A DNA stretch of 64,000 bases from Octopus vulgaris (lineage: Eukaryota), in contig OX597821.1 of NCBI GenBank assembly GCA_951406725.2, forward strand, positions 41,912,001 through 41,976,000. The letters are read 5' to 3'. Shown piece by piece: positions 39,083-52,802 of this stretch. The notes beneath the pieces were generated by a model. That model ran no database searches. It saw nothing but the letters and a program-made list of their open reading frames with translations, and was not told the origin of the DNA. Made by a program: the position numbers and the translations under genes. Each line of letters starts with the position of its first letter. Position 1 is the first letter of the stretch.

Positions 39083-39680
39083 CACACACACACACACACA
39101 CACATATATACATATATATATACATATATGTATACATATATATATACATATATGTATACACACACACACACACACATATATACATATATATATACATATA
39201 TGTATACATATATATATATACATATATGTATACACACACACATATATATATATATACATATATATATACATATATGTATACATATATATATATACATATA
39301 TGTATACACACACACACACATATATATATATAGACATATATATATATATACATATATATATATACATATATGTATACACACACACACACATATATATATA
39401 CATATATATATATACATATATGTATACATATATATATATACATATATATACATATATGTATACATATATATATATATACACATATATATACATATATGTA
39501 TACATATATATACATATATATACTTATATGTATATATATATATATATACATATATGTATACATATATATATATATACATATATGTATACATATATATATA
39601 TACATATATGTATACATATATATATACATATATGTATACATATAAATATATATATATGTAAATATATATATATATATATA
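38894..39680. repeat. (TA)n/(TATACA)n compound array
   Basis: Direct inspection. Confidence 0.93.
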
Positions 39681-41095
39681 TTCCTTCCCTGACCCTACCT
39701 CCCAACCCGGCTCGTTCCCCTGCTCCCGCCCACGTTGCCGCACTTGCCCTTACATCTCCAACACCACCCGCCTCACTAGCACCCACCATCGACCCTATCC
39801 CATCATCCACTCCTTCACCTGCACCTCCAGCAATATTATCTATTGCATCTCTTGCTCTCTCTGCAATTCCTTGTACATCGGACAAACGGGACGCCACTTG
39901 GCTGACCGGTTCGCGGAACACCTTCGTGACATCCACCTTGCGAACGACACACCGGTCTCACGCCATTTCCGCTCCACCGGTCACTCCTTGCAACACCTAT
40001 CTGTGTTCGGTTTGTCCTTACACAGAGGCCATCCGGATTCCCGTTTGCGCCGTGAACAGGAATTAATCTTCTCTCTTCGCTCTTATACGCCATTTGGTCT
40101 CAACTCTCCCCCTCCTCATCTAACCCCCCTCTCCCCCCTCCTCACCTATCCTTTCCCCCCCGACCCCTACTTCTTCAGTCCTTCATCCTTTCACCCCTAC
40201 TCCCCTTCCCTTCTTCCCTCTTTCTCCCTCCCTCCTTCCCTCTTCCCCTTCCCTCTGCTCCCTCACTCCCCTTCTATCTCCCCCTCTCCCTCTTTACTCC
40301 TTCCTCCCCCTCCTCCCCTTCCTCTCATCTTCCCCCCCCTCTCCTCCCCCTCCCCTTCTCCCCCCCTCTTCTCCCCCTCCCCCTCTTCTCTTCACTACAC
40401 CACACGACTTTACACATCACATCACATATGATGTGCCATACTAATACATACACCAACTAATACATACTAATACGTACTAATACATACTAATACATACTAA
40501 TACATACACCAACCCTATACATACACACGTCCAGACCCCTAATACGCACTTATACTCTCTCATACACACACACACACACTTATACATACTAATACGTACT
40601 AATACATACTAATACATACTAATACATACACCAACCCCATACATACGCACGTCCAGACCAATCCTACGCACTAATACTCCCTCATACACACACACACACA
40701 CACACACCCTTATACATACTAATACATACACCAACCCTATACATACACATGTCCAGACCCCTCCTACGCACTATTAGCTGGTCCTTCAACCCTTTTATCA
40801 ACCCTATTATCAACCCTATTATCTCCCCTTATTTCGCTCTCGCGTCTCATGTTTGATCTTTGACCTCTGGCCGAAATCAGATCGCCATGTTGATTCGTTA
40901 GCTACTGCACGCATTTTTTTCTCTCCTTCTTTCTGTGTTTTTTTTTCTCTCTGTGTATCTTTCTGTTGAAGAGCGTAGGCTCGAAACGTTAAAGACTTGT
41001 TTTATTTATATTTCCTGAGCGCCATACTAATACAATTGTTCGTTTGTTTTCCACCTGCCTTCGTCTTTTGTCTATTTTCATAAAGCTTCCCGTTA
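39681..41095 (+). mobile_element. 5'-truncated Penelope-like element (Neptune-type Cys linker, GIY-YIG, pLTR with HHR at 40958-40995)
   Basis: Open frame from 39682: ...[12 protein letters not shown]...[36 protein letters not shown]...REQELIFSLRSYTPFGLN. Flanked by (TA)n on both sides. Confidence 0.9.
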
Positions 41096-41102
41096 TATAT
41101 AT

Positions 41103-41252
41103 AGCTGTGTGTCTAAGAAACTCACGTTGCAACAAAGTGGTCCCGGGTTCAGTCCCATTACGTTGCATCTTCGGCAAGTGTCTTTACCATATCTCAGTCT
41201 GACCAATCCTTTGTGAGTGAATTTGCTAAACAGAAACTGTGTTGAAGCCCAT

Positions 41253-41293
<41 letters not shown>

Positions 41294-41460
41294 GTGTGTC
41301 CTCCCACCGCGTGACAACGGTGTTGGTTCCTTTACCTCCTTTCGACAAAAGAAACCGACCACATAAACTACCAGACTTAAAAGACAAGCCCTCTGGTCGA
41401 CGTGTCCGACCAAACCCTGTAAGGTGCTGCTTCAGCTTGGCCGCAGTATAAAAGATAACG
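41103..41460 (+). mobile_element. Degenerate SINE family C copy
   Basis: B-box, CORE-like motif, (TG)n and tail. Confidence 0.7.
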
Positions 41461-42078
41461 ATGAGCAGAAAACTGCCCGCCACAGGGCAGCTTTTCGTTG
41501 TTCGTTTACCGTTTGAAGTTACAGTAATAAAAGACAATCAGATTTACGTTAAAGACTTATTTCTTGATTAACTTTAGAGTTAGCTCAAGTAAAATAAAAT
41601 GCAATAAAATGAGATGAAATAAATCAAGGAACACTTCAAAGAATGGTAATGGCTGAGAAGAACAGAAATAAAACAAGTGTCTCGATTTTTAGTCGGGCCA
41701 TTCCAATAATTAATAAACGTATCTTAGCCTAACTAAAATCTAATTAAAGCTTAAACCAAGATAACAAAATGAAATTTATGGTCGTTAGAACGATGCTATG
41801 GAAGAGAAAATGTTTAAATGTGTTTCAGATAACGAAATCCGCCGTGAATAAATGACGTTAACACGTGATAAACTTTTCAAACACGATCTTTAAAACAGAA
41901 GAGAGTGTCTGGTTTAAGAAGCACCTAACGTTGCTCTTGTGGTGTGAGATAGGCTAGTTTATTAAAAATCCGTCGAACGAGAGGGTTGAGCAAATTATAA
42001 CTCAGTCGAAGAATTGGTTGCTCCTATTGTAAGTTCAGGCGTAGTACGGTTGCGTAGTGTTTTAGGTGTAGAGAGTGG

Positions 42079-42490
42079 AAGGCGGCGAGCTGGCGGTTAG
42101 CACGCCGGACGAAATGCGTAGCCGTATTTCGTCTGCCGTTACGTTCTGAGTTCAAATTCCGCCGAGGTCGATTTTGCCTTTCATCATTTCGGGGTCGATA
42201 AATTAAGTACCAGTTACGCACTGAGGTCGATGTAATCGACTTAATCCGTTTGTCCGTCCTTGTTTGTCCCCTCTGTGTTTAGCCCCTTGTGGGTAGTAAA
42301 GAAATAGGTATTTCGTCTGCCGTTACGTTCTGAGTTCAAATTCCGCCGAGGTCGATTTTGCCTTTCATCCTTTCGGGGTCGATAAATTAAGTACCAGTTA
42401 CGCACTGAGGTCGATGTAATCGACTTAATCCGTTTGTCTGTCCTTGTTTGTCTCCTCTGTGTTTAACCCCTTGCGGGTAGTAAAGAAATA
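42079..42490 (+). mobile_element. SINE family A head-to-tail dimer
   Basis: Junction GTAAAGAAATA|GGTATTTCGTC at about 42306; single TSD TAGGTGTAG(A/G)GAGTGG. Confidence 0.9.
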
Positions 42491-44368
42491 GGTGTAGGGA
42501 GTGGGGGAGGAACTCTTCACTCGTTCCCATATGTGATATCAACCACATAGGAAGTCTCTTATTTCTTCAGCAAGTATTTTATTTCTCATCTAAACATTGC
42601 AAAGCCTCACTGTGGGTGAAATAGGAATGTAAGCATCTTTTTTATGTTTTTGGGTGTGCGAGGAAACAGCGAGTCTCTGGACCGAGCGTATCACGGCCGG
42701 TTGGCCGCTCTGTTTTTCAGACATAGTGTATGGTAGGACTAATTATTCAATTTAATTTTCCTTCAAAACTAATGGATATGATTTGAAGGAGATTTCACGG
42801 CTATTTCTATTAAGTAGAACCAATACTTAAAGGCGTTTTTATTGATTTGTAATTCAGAGTAGTAAAATTCATCGTTGAAAGCAACGACATCATTAACGAG
42901 TCAACGAGGGTAACTCTACTAAGTCGTTTCAACTGTCAGAAATAGAAACCAAATCTCCCTTAAACCACACTATATCGACACCTAAGTATACAGTTATCAA
43001 TATATGAAGGATTCTCAAAAATGAAAAATTGAATAACGAATAGATTTTTTTTTCAGAAAGTCAAACTCGCTTACCGATCTGAAATTTGAACAACAAACTA
43101 CGAGAAGACTACGCGCGCATATAATTGGTTGGGAGAGCGTATACAAACGGTTTGTTAAAGTGTATATATGCGCATTTCAAGTGAAATGCACATTTTCTTA
43201 TTTGATATAAAATATATTTCTCATATGTGCGCGCTTTTCCAAAAGGGAAAAGCGAGCGAGCCCACGCACACGCACATCCATTCATGCATACAAATATATC
43301 GACATATGCCTACAATATTTATGTACTTGCTTTTCATTGTTGGGCGAAGTAAATCTCATTTCAAACTTTTATGTGGAGTTTGGATGTAATGAACAATTCA
43401 GTTAACGAAGAGGGATCTGGAAAGGGTTATGTTTGTAAATAGAGATCCCACAGTGTACTGAATAATGTAGTCCGGGGCCATACTATTCCTGTAAATAAGG
43501 CGAGATGGTCACGCCTAGACCTGGCTCTAAACAATGGCATCCACGGCAATGAGGAATTAAAAGATATTTCATTGGCTTCAGGCAGCAGGTTCAAATTACT
43601 CTGCATCTAAAAGTATTTTAAAGTTTAATGTTGCGGAAAGTGAAATTACGTCCGGACTGTACGGAGATGAGGGGTTAAAAAAAACAATTACTTTGACAAG
43701 AGGTGAGGAGCTAAGATCTTAGCTAAGATCGATCGAATTTGTTGAACATCACCCTTCTTATACAACACATATTTAAAACGAAGAATCGTTCAATTTTAGT
43801 TTGCTTCCTGTCATAAGATAAAAATAAAATACAACACGTACGCCTCACCCCGCCACACACACACACACACACTCCCGCACGATCACTAACGCAAACACAT
43901 CTGTGACATGTTTTTGTGAATGGTAGAGATAAAACAAAACAAAAATATTGTTTGAATAAAAATGAGGTCAAACGTTCCAATGCATCCCATCCCACCCCAC
44001 CCCCACTCCATCAATCTTAATCAATATGTTCGTTTATTCATTAGTCCTTGCATTCAACTTAGCAATAAAAATTAATTGTTTAATTATAATATATGCTTGA
44101 GTTCTAATTAAGAATAGTTATTCTCGTTCTTCTCAAAGAACATTTTTTCTCATGTATCACAGAGACAAGCAACAAAAATTGGGAAAGGAAGTTTTGTCAC
44201 ATTTTAGACATGATCTTTTTCTGGATATATTTCCAATATCAAAGATAAAATAAACATTAGGCTCCACATTTTAATATGTGTTCTTTTCTTTTTTCCTCGT
44301 TTTTTCATTCTTTGCAGATTATTTTAAAACATAGTTGCTAAATTAGTTTCAATTTTTCCCTTTTTAAA

Positions 44369-44660
44369 ATGAATTTAGATTAGACCTATATCAAACACTG
44401 CATGCTTTCAAAAAGGGCTCTTCAACAATGGAAGGGGTAAGAAATATTCGTTCTACTTTTGCAAAATTAAGATTTAAGTGTCCGGACAAGTCAACGAGTG
44501 TATGGTCAGCTTCACTTGTGAAATATTTCTCTCACAGAATCCCCTGAATCTGGATCAAATTCCGTCAATATTGAGTTGCTAAAAACCGTAGTTGAGGAAA
44601 ATCCAAAACAAACCGAAACAGTTTTCACAAAACAGTTCAATTAAAATGCACTTGAATCAT
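44369..44660 (+). pseudogene. Degenerate mariner/Tc1 transposase N-terminal HTH relic
   Basis: Frameshifted translation: MNLD*TYIKHCML / AFKKGSSTMEGVRNIRSTF / LSVRTSQR / ELLKTVVEENPKQT, resembling the mariner N-terminus. Confidence 0.5.
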
Positions 44661-44703
44661 AAACCATCATGATTTAGCAAAAGTGTCTGAAATTAGTCAA
44701 TGA

Positions 44704-44705
44704 TG

Positions 44706-44736
<31 letters not shown>

Positions 44737-44780
44737 TAATACAGATAGACAGACAGACAGACAGACAGATAGATAGATAT

Positions 44781-44824
<44 letters not shown>

Positions 44825-44889
44825 GCAGGCAGATATACAGATATATATATGTATGTATATATAAACAAATAAATATATATGTATATATA

Positions 44890-44926
<37 letters not shown>

Positions 44927-45272
44927 AAGTACAAATATATACCTATGTACATATATATACAAATATATACACATATGTACGTATATATACATATGACACA
45001 TATATACAAATATATATATGTATGTATATAAATATATATATATATGTATATATACAATATATATATATATACATATATATATATACGTATATATACAAAT
45101 ATATATGCAATATATATATACATACATATATATACAAATATATATGCAATATATATATACATACATATATAAATATATATTTATATACATATATATAAGT
45201 ATATATATATAAATATATATACACACAAATATGTATATATACACACAAATATATATACACATACATGTATAT

Positions 45273-45310
<38 letters not shown>
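44704..45310. repeat. (TG)n,(GACA)n,(GATA)n,(TA)n compound array
   Basis: Direct inspection. Confidence 0.93.
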
Positions 45311-45475
45311 ATATACTACGAAACGATCGTACCAAATTACCGGAGTCATTCTTGTTGCTTATTTTAATTATAATCACCCCACGGATTTTTATGGATAACA
45401 CCATACAGAATTCTGTCTGGTGCATCTAAATTAAGTACCATATTCATTTGAATCTAAATTTTTGCTGAACTTATA

Positions 45476-45688
45476 TACTCTTTTACTCTTTTACTTGTTT
45501 CAGTCAGTTGACTGCGGCCATGCTGGAGCACCGCCTTTAGTCGACCGAATCGACCCTGGAGACTTATTCTTTGTAAGCCCAGTACTTATTCTATCGGTCT
45601 CTTTCGCCGAACCGCTAAGTTACGGGGACGTAAACACACTAACATCGGTTGTCAAGCAATGCTAAGAGGGACAAACACAGACACACAA

Positions 45689-45735
<47 letters not shown>

Positions 45736-45890
45736 CATATATACGACAGGCTTCTTTCCGTCTACCAAATCCACTCACAAAGCATTGGTCGGCCCGGGGC
45801 TATAGCAGAAGACACTTGCCCAAGATGCCACGCAGTGGGACTGAACCCGGAACCATGTGGTTAGTTAGCAAGCTACTTACCACACAGCCA
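45476..45890 (-). mobile_element. SINE family C copy
   Basis: Tail to head recognisable. Confidence 0.85.
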
Positions 45891-46230
45891 TATATATATA
45901 TATCCACATACGTATTTATATATAATTTATATATGCATGTACAAACATGTATGTCCATATATATATACATATATATATGAACGTGTGTGTATATACATAT
46001 ACACATATATGGATATGTGTGTATGCGTGCATAATTATTGTGGAGGCGCATAGCTTAGTGCTGTTGCACCCATGATTGTAAGATTGTGGTTTCGATTCCT
46101 TCTTCAGGCGATGCGTTCTGTTCTTGAGCAAAAACACTTCACTTCATGCTACTGCAGCTGACTTGATCGCCCAAAAATACAACGGACTGTCGTCCCATCC
46201 AGTCAGGTATATATATATATCCATGTTGGA

Positions 46231-46414
46231 TCGTTAGCCCCTACACGCAATTTTTCTCTCTCCTTGTTTCTTTTCTGTGTATCTTTCTGTCGAAGAGCGT
46301 AGGCTCGAAACGTAAAAGACTTGTTTTATTTCTATTCCTGAGCGCCATACTAATACATTGTTTGTTTGTACTCCACCTGCCTTCGTCTTTTGTTTATTTT
46401 CGTAAACCTTCCCG

Positions 46415-46416
<2 letters not shown>
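46231..46416 (+). mobile_element. PLE pLTR 3' end with CTGTCGA hammerhead (46282-46319)
   Basis: Sibling of 12563-12761; ends CTTCCCGT followed by (TA)n. Confidence 0.8.
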
Positions 46417-46449
<33 letters not shown>

Positions 46450-46464
<15 letters not shown>

Positions 46465-46762
46465 CTGAAGTTGTCTGTGTATGGCAGGTTTGGTAGCCTT
46501 CAACTAACACTATCTCCTCCCAGACCCTGCGGCGCATGTTGACCAAAATTGAGAGCATGATAGAAAAGGCTTGCTCTTCCTTCCGCAGAAGAAAAAATTC
46601 AAATCGGACCATGTTAATACCAAAAATTATTTACATCAAAACGGTGCTTTTTTTTCTATGAAAATTCCTATTTTTTACGATTTTTTGACAGCTGTGTCGC
46701 CATTTTTCGGTGTATTTCAACCAGAAAAAAATGTTCACTGAAAGAGAATAGCAAGCTACATG
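46450..46762 (+). mobile_element. Helitron 5' portion
   Basis: Reverse complement of 16540-16847; 3' end missing. Confidence 0.75.
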
Positions 46763-47076
46763 ATAAGCATAACAAATGTGCAACCGGTAAAAAGAACTTT
46801 CACCTAATTAAATTACTTAAATTATTTTGTCAGCATTTTCTTCATTTCCTTTTTTATATATCACAACTCGTGTTCCACATCTCCTTTTTTAAATATATAT
46901 ATATATATATATATATAAGGGATTTGATATGAGTTGTCTCGCTTGTCTATGACTTACTTTGTGGCGTTTTATTCCAGGAGCATTGAGAATATATTATAAA
47001 ATACAGACGCCCAACGAAATACGAACACACAGACCTTGTATATGTGTGTTCGATTTAGTTTATATGTGTGTGTGTA

Positions 47077-47134
<58 letters not shown>

Positions 47135-47699
47135 TGTGTGTGTATGTGTGTGTGTGTGTATGTGTGTGTGGACACGCCACAAAACCTGGGAAATCGACCT
47201 TATGCACCTATAGGGCTCTTCATCTTTCTCTTTATATAAATATTCTTATTCTGTGACGATCGATGTCAAACAATTACTCCTTCCCAAGTTAATTGCGGTC
47301 ACAACACCTCGATATCACACTAGAAGAGAACCACATCTATTTTTAAAGAGAACCCACAGAGACCCCCCCATAGGAGAAAGACATCCATGAACTGTCAGGA
47401 TTCGCTCTAACTAAATCACCACGTTGCTGGTTCCCATGGCTACCGAGAATTAAATTTTATTTTCGCTTTTTTTTGCACCTCATTTAAAAATTTTCCTGCC
47501 ATTTTGATGCAACTACCAGAATGTCGCTTCCACTCGTGTTTATATGTGTGTGTGTGTGTGTGTGTTTATATATTGTGTTTATATACGGATATATATATAT
47601 ATATATATTGCTTTATATATTGCTTTATATATGGATGTACATGTATTTATGAAAATATTGACTAGCGCACAAAAGATTTTCTGTATATTTATCCATCTT

Positions 47700-47766
<67 letters not shown>

Positions 47767-47887
47767 GCTTTCTCTCAGCTTATATGTGTCAGTGTATATA
47801 TTAAGCACGTCAATATGTATGTGTGTCTTCGTATGTATAAATGTGTGCAAGCTTGGTAATGCAGAGAAACAGAACTCAAAACATGAG

Positions 47888-47960
<73 letters not shown>

Positions 47961-48047
47961 AAGGGTGAAAAGGAACACACGAGTTGATATATATGAAAAA
48001 ACAAGTAAAAAATAGAAAATGCTAAAATAATTTTATAGTGAACATTT

Positions 48048-48085
48048 CAGTACCGGTTTCGGTCATTTTGAGACCTTTTCAACTG
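48048..48085 (-). ncRNA. Hammerhead ribozyme, U3-A8 core variant (inverted pLTR copy)
   Basis: Reverse complement of 49996-50033. Confidence 0.65.
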
Positions 48086-48492
48086 TAACGATTAAATAAT
48101 TAAATTTAGAAAAATTAGAAGAAAAGTTTTTTTAAAAGAATATTTCTATAGTAGTGTTCAGATTTAAGTGGCATTCTGCCTTTCTCTGACTCCCTTGTTT
48201 GCACTTGTGTGTTCGAGGTAGTTGTGAGTTCTTGGTAGGGTAGTAGAGGGAAGGCTGGTGAGGAAAGAGGGGTGGGAGAATCTGGGAGTGCCCTGATGGT
48301 CGTATTTTGAATGGTCAGTGGCGGCTGGCAGTCTCAGTTCAATTCAGGAGAATATTTATATTGACAGGCTTGTTTATAGAATTAGCGTAGGTGTTATACT
48401 AAAAAACATTAGTGACAAACTTAAGGAGAAGAAGAAGAAGAAGAAGAAGAAGAAGAAGAAGAAGAAGAAGAAGAAGAAGAAGAAAGAAGGAG

Positions 48493-49295
48493 AAGGATAT
48501 GCACTATAGTCTCTAACGCAAACACCAGAGACACACGACTACAAGAACTAAAAGATACCCTAATCACCAGGAACGATCCACCTTCACTTATTGACAAGTG
48601 CATTCAACGTGCCCTTCAACTTAACATCAAGGAACTGAGACATCCCAAATCAAAGAAAAACTTACAACCAAAAGCCTTACCATACATCTCCACACACAAC
48701 CCTCTCAATAACGAAGCCTTCGACACCATCCTCCACAACATACCCCTCCTAAAAAAAGACCACAGAATGAACACAATCCTCCAAACACACACGATCATAA
48801 AAAGCAAAAGACAGCCTAGATCCATGAAAAGTCTCCTTACACAAGCCCGAATTCACTCTTCAACACAGAAGCCGACAGTAAAAAAATGTGGAAGACCCAA
48901 TTGCGGGATATGCGACTATCTAATCGAGGGTTCTGAGTTCTCCTTCAAACAGGGACAACGGTTTACAGTGAAAAGCAACTTCACATGTGCTTCGGAGAAC
49001 CTAATATACTCACTAACCTCGCTCCGGGTGTCAAGAGCAGTACATAGGCCAAACAAAAAATGGTTTGCGTAAACGAATGGCCCTGCACAGATCCCAGATA
49101 AAAATTCCCCAAAACAGAAAAATAGCTTTTAGCCAACACATAGATACTTGCGCCAACAAAAAAACACCAAACTTCAGAATTTTCCCCCTCTACCAATTTA
49201 GGGACGATACAACCTCGAGACAACGAATAAGTAAAGAAAATCTCTTTATTACAAAATACAAGCCACTTCTTAACGGGTCTACGACAAACAATTAA
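48493..49295 (+). pseudogene. PLE RT C-terminus/Cys linker/GIY-YIG (frameshifted)
   Basis: RICTIVSN..TRDTRLQELKDTL..LPYISTHNP; KKCGRPNCGICDYL; FTCASENLIYSLT; QYIGQT; RKRMALHRSQI; KENLFITKYKPLLN. Confidence 0.85.
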
Positions 49296-49995
49296 TATAC
49301 CTCAACTTTAGAATAAAAGAAAAAAATATATATACACACACAAATACTACACTCCATAGAATCCATTACTAATCAGCCCCTTCATAGCTATATTTACACC
49401 CATTCATATTCTCCCTTCTCTGTTTTTCTTCTTCTTCTTCTTCTTCTTCTTCTTCTTCTTCATCATCATCATTATCATCATCATCGACGTCATCATCATC
49501 ACCACCATCATCACCACCATCTTCTCCTTCTCCTCCTTCATCTTCATCATCATCATTATCATCATCATCGTCGTCATAATCATCACCACCATCACCATCA
49601 TCGTCATCTTCTCCTTCTCCTTCTTCTTCTTCTTCTTCTTCTCCACCCCCTACCCCTTAAGTTTGTCACTAATGTTTTTTAGTATAACACCTACGCTAAT
49701 TCTATAAACAAGCCTGTCAATATAAATATTCTCCTGAATTGAACTGAGACTGCCAGCCGCCACTGACCATTCAAAATACGACCATCAGGGCACTCCCAGA
49801 TTCTCCCACCCCTCTTTCATCACCAGCCTTCCCTCTACTACCCTACCAAGAACTCACAACTACCTCGAACACACAAGTGCAAACAAGGGAGTCAGAGAAA
49901 GGCAGAATGCCACTTAAATCTGAACACTACTATAGAAATATTCTTTTAAAAAAACTTTTCTTCTAATTTTTCTAAATTTAATTATTTAATCGTTA

Positions 49996-50033
49996 CAGTT
50001 GAAAAGGTCTCAAAATGACCGAAACCGGTACTG
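49996..50033 (+). ncRNA. Hammerhead ribozyme, U3-A8 core variant
   Basis: CAG-TTGAAAA-GGTC(TCAAAAT)GACC-GAAA-CCGG-TA-CTG. Confidence 0.65.
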
Positions 50034-50082
50034 AAATGTTCACTATAAAATTATTTTAGCATTTTCTATTTTTTACTTGTTT

Positions 50083-50119
<37 letters not shown>

Positions 50120-50370
50120 CTAGTTTCAGCTCAGAGCTGCGGCCATGCTGATGCACCGCCGTTTATATATCTTTGTATGTTGTATGTATGTGTATACATA
50201 CATACATACACACGCACATGCATGCATGAATGCATACATACGCACATGCATGCATACATACATGCATACATACGCACATGCATACATACATACATACATA
50301 CATACATACATACATACATACATACATACATACATACATACATACGTACGTACGTACGTACGTAAGTAAG

Positions 50371-51690
50371 AAAACAGAATTCTGAAATTTTTTTTGGTTA
50401 TTATTTATTCACCATTACACATGCTTCATGTTACGAAAATGCTCCAGAGCAGAGTCATTCAATAAAGCAGATGCACGACCTGGTATTTCCTTTTTCAGTT
50501 TGATATTTTTCTACAAATTCAGAAACATACTGCCACTTCGCCAACACTATCTTTATGTCACTCGTAGAGATAGCATTTTCTACCACACTGTTCTCCTCCA
50601 GAGAACCAATCTCTTTCATCGCATCCGAACGCCGCTGCTCCTGAAGCTGCAGGAGTTCATCTGTCATCAGTTCTTCGGAGTGTTCCTCGACGAGATCGAT
50701 GTATCAGGGTTCTGCTTCAGGAGATCCCTATACAGTGCTCGTGCTTTCTCAAAGGTCTCCTTAATCGCATCCCCTGCGAGTTGCTTTTCGTTGATCCACA
50801 GAAACAAATTTTCCATCTCTTCGTGGACAGATGTGGAGACAACCTTTGCTGTTGTAACGGCAGGATGGTATAGATCGTCGATGTGCTTCGATCGTATTGA
50901 CCTGCTATGTCCACTACACGCACTCCCCTCTCATGTTTATCAATGACTAGCAGTATCGCCCGGCGTTGCTCGGGTTTGTAAGGGAAATAACTATAAAGCA
51001 TTTTTAGAGAGTTATAGCCAAAAAATGGAAAAAAAATGATGGTAAATTTTTTTTAGTTAAAAAGGTCGAGTTGCGTCCCCTAGACAGTCTGTGGTTTGTG
51101 TTTCTGATTCTCGACCCCATGTCGAATTTATCGATTTTTTTCAGAACTGGGGGAACTTTTCAAAATTTTCGCTGCGTTAGTTTTGAATTATGACATTGGG
51201 CTATGTGTGTGTCAAGTTTCATCAGAATCGATTGAAAGCCGTGGTCAGGGTGAGGGTACAACCTAACAGACACACAGAAACACACACAGACAAACTCTCA
51301 TGTTTATCAATGATTTTCTTTATCAATTCTACCGTTATCAGCTTTTTCTTCTTCCCAGCACTGTCCTTTGCACTAACCTTCTTAAGACCCATGGCTAACA
51401 CAACTAATTACTATAAAAATAATAACAAAACACGCGCAAAACTAAAAAAGAAAACACTGAGAAAACCACACCAGGGATGCTGCCACAACGAGATAAACAC
51501 GTCAACTGAACGAGCGGAGGCTGAGCTTGTTGGGAGAGCGTGTGCGAGCCCAGCGCCGACGAGCGGCCGCTTGTATGAAACCCGCTCGTACAGCGGATTT
51601 CCGATCGTACTTCAAGACAAAAGTTGCACGGGCCTCGGCTCGTACAGCAAATTACTCGTACAATGGTGCTCGTACTGCGAGGTTCTACTG
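50371..51690 (-). mobile_element. Tigger/pogo DNA transposon, internal deletion derivative
   Basis: TA|CAGTAGAACCTCG terminus at 51690. ATG at 51392 gives MGLKKVSAKDSAGKKKKLITVELIKKIIDKHERGVRVVDIAGQYDRSTSTI (CENP-B HTH), then WINEKQLAGD, which jumps directly to the C-terminal DLVEEHSEELMTDELL. The DDE domain is absent. Confidence 0.85.
50947..51294 (-). mobile_element. Non-autonomous Helitron inserted in the Tigger ORF
   Basis: 3' hairpin CCCGAGCAACGCCGGG plus CTAG|T; flanked by the 19-bp direct repeat CTCTCATGTTTATCAATGA. Confidence 0.8.
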
Positions 51691-51720
51691 TATAGATGTG
51701 TATGTGTGCTTATATATATA

Positions 51721-51950
51721 TATATTTCTTTACTGCCCACAAGGGGCTAAACATAGAGGGGATAAACAAGGACAGACAAACGGATTAAGTCAATTACATC
51801 GACCCCGGTGCGAAACTGGTACTTAATTTATCGACCCCGAAAGGATGAAAGGCAAAGTCGACCTCGGCGGAATTTGAACTCAGAACGTAACGACAAACGA
51901 AATACCGCCAAGCATTTTGCCCGGCGCGCTAACATGTCTGCCAGCTAGCC
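51721..51950 (-). mobile_element. SINE family A
   Basis: Full head to tail. Confidence 0.85.
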
Positions 51951-51959
51951 CCCTTTGTG

Positions 51960-52013
<54 letters not shown>

Positions 52014-52396
52014 TTATATATACAGGTGTGTGTGTGTGTCTGTGCGTGTGTGTGTGTGTCTGTGCGTGTGTGTGTGTGTGTGTGCGTGCGCGCGCGCTTT
52101 AGCAACTTGCTAGATAAGCCGTCGCTGTATCTTCAAAGATGTACAATAAAATAAATACTTGGCTATATATTTAGTTAGACAGATAAGTTAAACTGTCAGA
52201 CGGAAATACCTTATCAGATACACATTACTAATAATCAATACTCAAATAGTTTTTACGATAATAGATTTTTATATATATATATATATATATATACATACAT
52301 GCATACACACATATATGCAAACATACAACTTACACAAACATATATACAGGAATACATATCAATACATATATGCTTAAAGTACTCACACACATACAT

Positions 52397-52431
<35 letters not shown>

Positions 52432-52471
52432 CATAGATACATGTATGTGTGTGTAGACAGATGGACGGACG

Positions 52472-52593
<122 letters not shown>

Positions 52594-52705
52594 CGGATTA
52601 TACGCAAACATATTTTTAATCCGTAGAAGTTACGAAGTAATTAAGCAACTCAATGCCCGTAAGTTCCATGCATACGTCTTATCATATACACATACATAAG
52701 TACAT

Positions 52706-52740
<35 letters not shown>

Positions 52741-52759
52741 CCTATATACATATGTATAT

Positions 52760-52798
<39 letters not shown>

Positions 52799-52802
<4 letters not shown>

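Larger units (their letters stand above)
47987..50095 (+). mobile_element. Penelope-like element: inverted pLTR, truncated RT-linker-GIY-YIG, pLTR
   Basis: 47987-48426 is a near-perfect reverse complement of 49655-50095. Coding remnant lies between; (TA)n on both sides. Confidence 0.9.
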
